From an uncultured Haemophilus sp. (GTDB lineage: Bacteria > Pseudomonadota > Gammaproteobacteria > Enterobacterales > Pasteurellaceae): DNA of 64,000 nucleotides. The first letter of the stretch is position 1. Each line of letters opens with the position of its first letter. The translations under genes and the position numbers were made by a program. Below are positions 46,487 through 54,407 of this stretch, piece after piece. The DNA lies in assembly GCF_902461185.1 (NCBI RefSeq), contig NZ_CABPXD010000013.1; one strand, 5' to 3'. The notes beneath the pieces were generated by a model, which made no database searches, was not told the origin of the DNA, and saw only the letters and a program-made list of their open reading frames with translations.

Positions 46487-48025
46487 TCATTGCGCTAAAC
46501 TTTGCCAAGGTAAAACTAACATTTCACCAAAGGACACTTGTTCAGATCCGAGTACAATTCCGACTGCACTTTTTAATAACTGCAAAATTGGTTCGGCAAT
46601 ATGAATACCCATAATAAACATGAATAACAATAAAATTGCCATCGCCACGAGTGAAACTTTGTTCACATCCCCCACTTCAACATTATCCGGTTGTTTACCT
46701 AATACGGTTTTTAATACCATTAAAGACAATCCAGCTAACACGATAGTAAGTAAAATTAAACAGAATACCATTAACCAAGTTTTACCTGCGTAAATACCCG
46801 CAACAGCAATACTGAATTCACTGACGAATACGTTAAATGGTGGAATACCACCTAGTGATAATGCACCACCGGCAAATAATACCGCTGTCATGGGTGCCAC
46901 ACGCCATAAACCACGTACTTGGTTCATATCACGGGTTTTGTATTTCAATAAAATGTTACCAGAAGCACAGAACAGCAAGGTTTTCGCTAAGCTATGGTTA
47001 ATGGTATGTAATAACCCAGCAAATACACCTATTGGGCCACCTAAACCAAAAGCGAAGCTGATTAAACCCATGTTTTCAATACTGGAGTATGCCAATAAGC
47101 GTTTGATGTCGAATTGAACGATAATAAACAACGCCGCGACTAATACAGAAAGTAAACCAAATACTAACAACAAGGTTTGAGGGTATGTAGAACCAACTGC
47201 TTTAGAAACTAAGATGTAATAACGCAATACCACCAACATGGCACAGTTCAATAATACCGCTGATAAAATCGCACTCACAGGACTTGGAGCCTCACTGTGT
47301 GCATCAGATAACCAAGTATGCATTGGAAATAGACCGCACTTAGTACCAAACCCAACCAAAATAAAGGCAAAAGCAAGATACATGAGCATTGGATTTAAAC
47401 CTGCTGCCTGTTGATTGATTTCTGTCCAGAAAATAGCTTGGCTTGGATCAGCTAAAAGATTTGTTCCATTAGAGAACGTTAAAATTGTGCCATACAATCC
47501 AAACGCCACCCCAACTGAACAAATAATGATGTATTTCCATGCAGCCTCAAGAGAAGTTTTGTGTTTGTATGTACCGACCAAGAATGCTGAACTTAATGTG
47601 GTTGCTTCAATGGCTGCCCACATCAAAATCACATTATTGGTGATCACAGAAATGATCATGGTGAAGAAAAACAAATGCAAAAAGCCGTAATAATTGCAGT
47701 ATGTTTTCAAATCAAGATGCCCTTCGCGATATTCAGTACTAATGTAACCGATAGAATAAATACCGGCTAACGTTCCGACAATAGCGATAAGACCTAAGAA
47801 AATAGCAGATAGACTGTCGATGTAAACCCAGTTATTTAATGCACGGATTTCCCCCTGAGTTAGCACGCCATTAATAATTTGTAAGGCAAATGCTAACATC
47901 AAAATCAAACCTGTAACATGAAGAGCGGTACAAATTGTCCGTGCTTTTGTCACGCCACAAGCGAAACAGGCAAGTGATATTGCTAAAGGTGCGATTAATA
48001 ACGCGATTATCCATTGTTCATACAT
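46487..48025 (-). CDS. hyfF: hydrogenase-4 membrane subunit HyfF (NuoL/M/N antiporter-like)
   Basis: 512 aa, polytopic, with the Mrp/NuoN-like pattern. Its position follows E. coli hyf gene order. Confidence 0.8.
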   Translation of the reverse strand: MYEQWIIALLIAPLAISLACFACGVTKARTICTALHVTGLILMLAFALQIINGVLTQGEIRALNNWVYIDSLSAIFLGLIAIVGTLAGIYSIGYISTEYREGHLDLKTYCNYYGFLHLFFFTMIISVITNNVILMWAAIEATTLSSAFLVGTYKHKTSLEAAWKYIIICSVGVAFGLYGTILTFSNGTNLLADPSQAIFWTEINQQAAGLNPMLMYLAFAFILVGFGTKCGLFPMHTWLSDAHSEAPSPVSAILSAVLLNCAMLVVLRYYILVSKAVGSTYPQTLLLVFGLLSVLVAALFIIVQFDIKRLLAYSSIENMGLISFAFGLGGPIGVFAGLLHTINHSLAKTLLFCASGNILLKYKTRDMNQVRGLWRVAPMTAVLFAGGALSLGGIPPFNVFVSEFSIAVAGIYAGKTWLMVFCLILLTIVLAGLSLMVLKTVLGKQPDNVEVGDVNKVSLVAMAILLLFMFIMGIHIAEPILQLLKSAVGIVLGSEQVSFGEMLVLPWQSLAQ

Positions 48026-48029
48026 AGCG

Positions 48030-48668
48030 TTACCCCTTCAAACTCATAAGTTGTTTGGCATCTAATGAATGGAATGTACGGTAAATTTTGTTCACCAACA
48101 CCACCATTATGATGACGGCAAAGATAGCATCTGTGGCAATTCCGATTTCCACTAACTCAGGTGCTTTGTTTGCCAATAAGGCTAATGTGAGATGAGAACC
48201 GTTTTCCATCAAACAATAACCGAACACTTGTTTCACGATATTGCGTTGGCTGACGATGCACACCAAACCTAACAAGAAGTGACTTAATGACACGGACAGC
48301 GCCGGTTTAAGATGTGCAACCAACGGCAAATCGATTGGGATGACTACAAAATAGCACAATGTCACTATCACTGCTGTGATCGGGATCAACCAAGCGACAT
48401 TAATTCCGACAGGTGTTTGATTCTCGTCAATTTTTTTCATGGCATAGACTAAAATCATCGGTACTAAAATCACTTTGGTAATAAATGCACTGATTGACCA
48501 CATATAAAGTTCATGGGCTTGCATTTCATAGGCAAGATATACAAACAGCAATACCAATACCAAAGATTGCAAGCTATAAAATAACGCAGCTTTTTTGGCG
48601 GTTCGCACCATAATTACGCAAAGAGAGGTAATAATGAGTAAACACGCAAGACCATTTATCATTAACAT
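48030..48668 (-). CDS. hyfE: hydrogenase-4 membrane subunit HyfE
   Basis: 212 aa with about 6-7 TM segments. Size and position match E. coli HyfE. Confidence 0.75.
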   Translation of the reverse strand: MLMINGLACLLIITSLCVIMVRTAKKAALFYSLQSLVLVLLFVYLAYEMQAHELYMWSISAFITKVILVPMILVYAMKKIDENQTPVGINVAWLIPITAVIVTLCYFVVIPIDLPLVAHLKPALSVSLSHFLLGLVCIVSQRNIVKQVFGYCLMENGSHLTLALLANKAPELVEIGIATDAIFAVIIMVVLVNKIYRTFHSLDAKQLMSLKG

Positions 48669-48683
48669 AGATTCCTCCTTAAC

Positions 48684-50129
48684 CTAACCGGCCAAACCCA
48701 GCCAATATGCGACAATAAAACTGGAGCAGACGGACATCACCATGAGAACGACTAATACAACGCTCATTGAAAGTGTTATCGGTTGTGCTTTGGCTACCGC
48801 TTCCGACGGTTTACCGATCACACATTGTCCGAATTTATACAACAACCACACGAATGTCGCGGTAGATTCAATTAAAGCAAGTACCATCAACCAAGTGATC
48901 CAGCCATATTCATGGCCTAATTCAAACCCGGCAGCGAATAACGGATATTTACTGAAGAATCCGTTAAACGGTGGCACCCCAGCAATAGCTAAAGCCGCAA
49001 CACCGAATCCTGCACCAACCACTGGCATGGTACGCATAATACCTTGTAACAATGGCATAGAGCGGGTTCCGGTGGCATAACTTAACGAACCGGCAACCAA
49101 GAAGAACAAACTCTTCGCGAAAGCATGGTTGAAGATGTAGCTAATCGCTGCCACAAAGGCCAATTTAGAGCCTAATGCAGCAAGAGAAATCCCAATGAAA
49201 ATATAAGAAAGTTGGGTAATGGTTGAATACGCCAATAAACGTTTTAAATCTGTTTGTGGCAAGTACATCAAGAAACCGTAAATTAAGGTAATCATCGCCA
49301 TGATGATGCCCACCTCACCCACAATATGTGGAATATCACCGGCGGACATAACAGAACGAGCGAAAATATATACCCCAACTTTCACCATAGACGCAGCGTG
49401 CAAATACGCACTCACCGGTGTTGGTGCTTCCATCGCATTAGGCAACCAAATTTGCATTGGTAATTGTGCTGATTTACCCCACGCAGCAAACATCACACCG
49501 AATAACACGATGGTTTTCGCACTCGGATCTAAATGTTCTAACGCAGTGATAGAGAAAGTACCTGATTGGCTGAATAAATAGGCTGCGGCAATATATAACC
49601 CAATTGCCCCCACGTGGGTGATAATCAAGGCTTTCATTGCGGCTGCTTGAGCTTTTGGTGTTTGGTAATAACTGATTAATGCCCAAGAACATCCCCCAGT
49701 AATTTCGAAGAACAATAATTGTCCTGCTAAAGTTGAGGAATACACCAAGCCCGCCATGGCACCGATAAAGATGAGCAAGAATGCATAAAAACGTGGTAAC
49801 CCATTATGTGGGTGTTCACGGTTTTTATCGGTTAAGTAACCACAAGAATATAAGCAGATTAAGAAACCTAAGGCCACAACGGCAAAGGCAATTAATGTAC
49901 TGACTGCATCAAGCGTTACACCAAAGATCGCGGTTTTATCAAAAGCGACGATGTCATAAGTGACGCTTTGATGACCATCGGCAAACCATTGTCCTGCGAC
50001 TAACAAGGTGCCCAGCGTAGTAAGCGCAGCAAATACTGTGGCAATTTGAGCAAAATGTTTTTTGTTCAAACCGACAATAAACGCTCCTACGAAAGGTAAA
50101 ATGATTGTAATCAGAGCTAAACGTTCCAT
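48684..50129 (-). CDS. hyfD: hydrogenase-4 membrane subunit HyfD (NuoM/N antiporter-like)
   Basis: 481 aa, polytopic and antiporter-like. Its position follows hyf order. Confidence 0.8.
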   Translation of the reverse strand: MERLALITIILPFVGAFIVGLNKKHFAQIATVFAALTTLGTLLVAGQWFADGHQSVTYDIVAFDKTAIFGVTLDAVSTLIAFAVVALGFLICLYSCGYLTDKNREHPHNGLPRFYAFLLIFIGAMAGLVYSSTLAGQLLFFEITGGCSWALISYYQTPKAQAAAMKALIITHVGAIGLYIAAAYLFSQSGTFSITALEHLDPSAKTIVLFGVMFAAWGKSAQLPMQIWLPNAMEAPTPVSAYLHAASMVKVGVYIFARSVMSAGDIPHIVGEVGIIMAMITLIYGFLMYLPQTDLKRLLAYSTITQLSYIFIGISLAALGSKLAFVAAISYIFNHAFAKSLFFLVAGSLSYATGTRSMPLLQGIMRTMPVVGAGFGVAALAIAGVPPFNGFFSKYPLFAAGFELGHEYGWITWLMVLALIESTATFVWLLYKFGQCVIGKPSEAVAKAQPITLSMSVVLVVLMVMSVCSSFIVAYWLGLAG

Positions 50130-50140
50130 ATTTGTCCTCC

Positions 50141-51109
50141 TTACAACCCAGTGAAGTAAAATACAAACGCCAACACAGAAATGCCGAAGCCGACCACGGT
50201 TAAACGTCCTGTTAACATAAAGCGGGTACGAGAAAGTGTGTTTTCAAAGACACAAGCCAATACGAACACCACTAATAATTTCACGAAGAATAAAATACCA
50301 CCTAAAATGACCGCACTTAAGCTCATCTCTGTCGGGATACCGAAAGGAAGCAACACGCTCACAAAGATAGAGGCTACAACCATAGATTTTAAACTTAAGC
50401 CGATTTTTAATAAGGCGAGTGCTGGACCAGAATATTCAGTCAATGGACCTTCTTGTAATTCTTGTTCTGCTTCTGCCAAATCAAATGGAATTTTACCCAT
50501 TTCAATAAATACGGCGAAGAATGCTGCAGCGATAGCAATCACTGTCGCAATTGGATATTGCCAAGTGTTTTCGGAAAGCGCATTACCGATAACCGCAAAA
50601 TTGGTTGAACCGGCAATTAACGCAATGACAAGGAATGCCAACATGAGAATTGGCTCTACCAAGACTCCTAATGTGACTTCACGACTTGCCCCTAAACTTG
50701 AGAATGTGCTGTTTGAATCCAAACCCGCAATTGAAAAGAAGAAACGGAACAAGGCGAATAAGTAAATCACGGTGATTAAATCACTGCCAGCGCCAAATGG
50801 TGCAACACGAGTAAATAAAGGCAAACTCATGGCGACTACCATCACGGTACTAATTAGCACATAAGGCATCACTTTAGAAACCCAACCCGCATTGTCAGGC
50901 CAAATGTTTTGACGTTTCATTAATTTCGCAATATCGCGATAATCTTGTAACACGCCAGGACCGCGACGAGATTGAATACGCGCACGGATCATACGTGAAA
51001 TACCGGAAAATAACGGTGCAAGGACAAGCAAAATCAAGGCTTGCACGATGGCAAAAACAAACATTCCGGCAGATGTTGCAATTTCTGAAGGTAACGTAAT
51101 CATTTTCAA
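50141..51109 (-). CDS. hyfC: hydrogenase-4 membrane subunit HyfC/HycD (NuoH-like)
   Basis: 322 aa with the NuoH-like pattern (RRGPGVLQDYRD, DLAEAEQEL). Confidence 0.85.
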   Translation of the reverse strand: MKMITLPSEIATSAGMFVFAIVQALILLVLAPLFSGISRMIRARIQSRRGPGVLQDYRDIAKLMKRQNIWPDNAGWVSKVMPYVLISTVMVVAMSLPLFTRVAPFGAGSDLITVIYLFALFRFFFSIAGLDSNSTFSSLGASREVTLGVLVEPILMLAFLVIALIAGSTNFAVIGNALSENTWQYPIATVIAIAAAFFAVFIEMGKIPFDLAEAEQELQEGPLTEYSGPALALLKIGLSLKSMVVASIFVSVLLPFGIPTEMSLSAVILGGILFFVKLLVVFVLACVFENTLSRTRFMLTGRLTVVGFGISVLAFVFYFTGL

Positions 51110-51113
51110 CCTC

Positions 51114-53135
51114 CTACATCAACGCAATGGAAAGTAGTATTGCCACCAAGGCAATCACGAAGTACACGCAGTACACACGGAAGTCACCTTGTTGCAACCA
51201 TTGGATTTTTGTTCCTAACCACGGAATAAAACGAGCGATAGGCATCGTCATTTTTTCTTCCCAGAAAGGTTCAGCTTTTGTTGCGCCTTTAATTACCGCT
51301 TGGATGCCTTTATCTCCTAAAGGTGCAGGATCCAACACTTCACGCAAGGTATAAAGTGATTTGAAAATCGTACGTAACGGACGAGTGAAACTACCTGCAG
51401 AGGCAGCCATATCTTGTTCATAAGCATAACCACAAGCCCATGGATTGCCTTTTGCACGATCGGATAAACGTTGATTTTTGGTGAACGCATAGAAACTAAA
51501 TGGCAAGAAGAAAAATGCCAATAACATGATAGTCACCATTGGTGTTGAAAGTGTAGTATGTGGTTCAGCTTGTGCAACCACTACTCCATTTTGAGCCAAC
51601 ATTAGCGGTTCGCTATGAGCAAGTGCGGTCGAAATTTTCGCAATTATTGGGGTTACCACAGATGCACCCACACCTAACAACACACAACATAAGGCCAACA
51701 CTGCCATGGCAATCACCATTGGTTTTGGTACTTCGCGTGCATTAGCTGCTTTTTCACTACGTGGTGCACCACCGAAGCTGATACCGTACACTTTCACGAA
51801 ACAAAGAGCCGCTAACGCACCTGTTAATGCCAACATAATGATGGCAATTGGACCGGCAAGTTTTAATACGAAAACATCACTTTGGCTTAAGGTGAATAAA
51901 GATTGATAAGTAAACCATTCACTGACAAAACCGTTAAACGGTGGCAATGCAGAGATCGCCATGGTACCAATTAAAAAACAGAATGCAGTGTAAGGCATAA
52001 GTTTGCCTAAGCCGCCCATTAAGTCCATGTCTTTAGTATGCAAGCGATACATTACTGAACCTGCACCTAAGAATAACAAGCCTTTGAATACAGCATGGTT
52101 AAGTAAGTGATATAAACCACCAAGTAATCCCACGGTTGCCAACACTGGATGATGTGTCGCGATACCAATCATACCGACGCCCACACCCATCATAATGATA
52201 CCGATATTTTCTACTGTGTGATAAGCCAAGAGTTTTTTGATGTCATGTTCTGCCAAGGCATAAAGAACGCCAAGTACGGAAGATACCGCACCGAAACCGA
52301 GTACGATAACGCCATACCAAACATTGGTAGAACCGAGAAGATCGACACCGACTTTAATGATCCCGAAGATACCGATTTTAACCATCACACCAGACATCAT
52401 CGCTGATGCATGAGAAGGTGCAGCCGGGTGAGCTTTCGGTAACCAGCTGTGTAATGGAATCATACCTGCTTTTGCGCCAAAACCTAAAAATGCCAAAATA
52501 AAGGCAGTAAAGGCAAGCGGTGCTGGCAAAGTTGTTTGACGGAATGCGCTAAATTCAAAACTACCGGCATAGCAGTAGAAAATGAAGAAGGCGATCATAA
52601 TTAATACCGAACCGGCATGCGCAATAAAGAAATAAAGCAAGCCTGCATTTACGGCATTGTCATCTTGTTCGGTAAGGACTAAGAAATAAGATGCCAATGA
52701 CATCATTTCAAAGAATACAAGGAAGTAGAACGCATTATCGCTGGTAACTAACGCAACCATGGAAGCGATAAATAAATTCATAAAGAAACCCATAGAACCT
52801 GCGCCTTTACCTTTGTATTCTTTCACATAAGAGAAAGAATAAAGTGCGGTCACAATAACTAATAAAGAAATTACACACACCATAAACGCCGCCAATCCAT
52901 CAATACGGATGGAAAATGAGGCAAATTCAAATGGGGTTTTAAAAACATCAACGACTGTGTCGCTGCTGATCAGAACGGGGATGCAGGCAACAATACCTAA
53001 CACTCCAGCAAGTACACCGGTCACGCCGGATATATTGATTGAAAGTTGTTCGTTTCGTCTCACTGCGAGCGAAATAAACGCACCTACGACATAAATCAAC
53101 AGGGTCGTGATGAGTAAATTGATAGGTAAACTCAT
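51114..53135 (-). CDS. hyfB: hydrogenase-4 membrane subunit HyfB/HycC (NuoL-like)
   Basis: 673 aa, polytopic and NuoL-like (WLPKAHPAAPSHASA). Confidence 0.85.
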   Translation of the reverse strand: MSLPINLLITTLLIYVVGAFISLAVRRNEQLSINISGVTGVLAGVLGIVACIPVLISSDTVVDVFKTPFEFASFSIRIDGLAAFMVCVISLLVIVTALYSFSYVKEYKGKGAGSMGFFMNLFIASMVALVTSDNAFYFLVFFEMMSLASYFLVLTEQDDNAVNAGLLYFFIAHAGSVLIMIAFFIFYCYAGSFEFSAFRQTTLPAPLAFTAFILAFLGFGAKAGMIPLHSWLPKAHPAAPSHASAMMSGVMVKIGIFGIIKVGVDLLGSTNVWYGVIVLGFGAVSSVLGVLYALAEHDIKKLLAYHTVENIGIIMMGVGVGMIGIATHHPVLATVGLLGGLYHLLNHAVFKGLLFLGAGSVMYRLHTKDMDLMGGLGKLMPYTAFCFLIGTMAISALPPFNGFVSEWFTYQSLFTLSQSDVFVLKLAGPIAIIMLALTGALAALCFVKVYGISFGGAPRSEKAANAREVPKPMVIAMAVLALCCVLLGVGASVVTPIIAKISTALAHSEPLMLAQNGVVVAQAEPHTTLSTPMVTIMLLAFFFLPFSFYAFTKNQRLSDRAKGNPWACGYAYEQDMAASAGSFTRPLRTIFKSLYTLREVLDPAPLGDKGIQAVIKGATKAEPFWEEKMTMPIARFIPWLGTKIQWLQQGDFRVYCVYFVIALVAILLSIALM

Positions 53136-53172
53136 AATATCACTCCATTGATTACAAGTTAAAACACACTAA

Positions 53173-53772
53173 TTATCTTGGAATAGCAGGCGAAGAAACC
53201 ATTGCCATTTCACGTTTTCTTTCGTTAGCCTGCTTGATACTCTCATCACTAATAATAAATAATGTTTTGGTCGGACAGGTTTGTACACAAGCCGGACCAT
53301 CTTCACGGAAATAGCAAAGATCGCATTTCACCGCAATAGCTTTCACGCCAGGTTGCCATGCCAGCATATTGTGTAAATCCGTATTATCTGGTGCAGTACG
53401 AATATCTCGTTTTACCGCATCAGTGAAGGAGAATCCTTCATAATAGGTTGGTGCGTCAATCGGTGCAGAACCATGTTGAGTAATTGCACCGAATGGGCAA
53501 GCAATACCACAAAGTTTACAACCGATACAGAGACTTTCGTTAAGTTGAATGGTGTCATTAATGTGTGTGATTGCGTGCACCGGGCACACGGTAGCACATG
53601 GTGAATCATCACAATGACGACAGAGAATTGGCACGGTTACATCATCATTACGCATGACTTGTAAGCGTGGAAAAGATTGTAATCCGAAAGCTTTATGCAC
53701 TTCGCTACAAGCGGCCATACAGGTGTTGCATCCAATGCAATCCTTCGGATCACCGATTACAAAACGATTCAT
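53173..53772 (-). CDS. hyfA: multi-cluster 4Fe-4S ferredoxin subunit HyfA/HycB
   Basis: ORF 53173..53817. ATG 53772 has GGAGGGGAG upstream and gives MNRFVIGDPKDCIGCNTCMAAC. Four Cys clusters are present. Confidence 0.88.
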   Translation of the reverse strand: MNRFVIGDPKDCIGCNTCMAACSEVHKAFGLQSFPRLQVMRNDDVTVPILCRHCDDSPCATVCPVHAITHINDTIQLNESLCIGCKLCGIACPFGAITQHGSAPIDAPTYYEGFSFTDAVKRDIRTAPDNTDLHNMLAWQPGVKAIAVKCDLCYFREDGPACVQTCPTKTLFIISDESIKQANERKREMAMVSSPAIPR

Positions 53773-53872
53773 ACACTCCCCTCCTTGTATGTAAATAACG
53801 TTTTTTACAATAACCACTCTAGAAGTAAGGATACTCCTGTAAAAAAGTAAAGCTCAAGAACTAATTCGAAAA

Positions 53873-53891
53873 TTTGTGATTAAGATCAAAA
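53873..53891 (-). promoter_or_regulatory. CRP/FNR-family dyad upstream of hyfA
   Basis: The minus-strand sense sequence is TTTTGATCTTAATCACAAA. It is 18/19 identical to the site at 8848..8866 and has the same orientation relative to the downstream operon. The centre is about 110 nt upstream of ATG 53772. Confidence 0.5.
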
Positions 53892-54060
53892 GATTTTCAT
53901 TGTTTTTCTATTACTGTGATACACCTGTTAAATAACAGTGAAACATAATAATTTTATGTTAAAAATGTGAACAGATTTTAAACAAAAATGCAGTAGCCTT
54001 ATTTAAGATATGGCTATACAAATTTAGGTGGTTACATGATAAAATTTCACACGCGCAGTA

Positions 54061-54083
54061 CGTTTATTGAAACACAATAAACG
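54061..54083 (+). promoter_or_regulatory. perfect 9-5-9 inverted repeat CGTTTATTG-AAACA-CAATAAACG in the hypC leader
   Basis: Read directly from the sequence. It lies between a candidate extended -10 (TGATAAAAT at 54037-54045) and hypC ATG 54119. Confidence 0.35.
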
Positions 54084-54118
54084 ATTCATCTCATAAACAT
54101 TCTAACTAAGGACAGATT

Positions 54119-54394
54119 ATGTGTTTAGGTATTCCGGGACAGATCATTCAAGTAGCTGACAGCGCATTACAGCTTGCTGTAGTCGATGTCTGCGGAGTAA
54201 AAAGAGAAGTTAATATTTCATTAATTTGTCAGGATGACCCAAAACCTCTGGTTGGCAAATGGGTTCTCGTACATGTGGGTTTCGCCATGACGATTATTGA
54301 TGAAGAAGAAGCCAAACAGACTCAAGAAGCCTTAATTTCGATGAGCCAACTAGAACACGAAGTCGGCGATTTTCTTGGCTTAAATCAAAAATAA
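54119..54394 (+). CDS. hypC: hydrogenase assembly chaperone HypC/HupF
   Basis: [12 protein letters not shown] is the essential N-terminal Cys motif. The protein is 91 aa. Confidence 0.92.
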   Translation: MCLGIPGQIIQVADSALQLAVVDVCGVKREVNISLICQDDPKPLVGKWVLVHVGFAMTIIDEEEAKQTQEALISMSQLEHEVGDFLGLNQK

Positions 54395-54407
54395 ACAGGA
54401 TTGCGTT

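Noticed and set aside
50181-50765. Long antisense or alternative-frame ORFs in the track. Examples: 50181..50765 opposite hyfC, 19998..20465 and 20475..20789 opposite the FecCD permease, 9603..9959 inside ftr1, 43429..43851 and 45666..46025 inside hyf genes, and 40462..40893 opposite fdhF.
   Set aside because: All lie wholly within strongly supported genes. Their compositions are low-complexity or biased, as expected from reading a coding strand out of frame, and they lack ribosome-binding sites.
53911-53930. TGTGATACACCTGTTA as a second CRP site in the hyfA/hypC control region.
   Set aside because: Only the left half matches. The right half, TGTTA, matches TCACA at 2/5.
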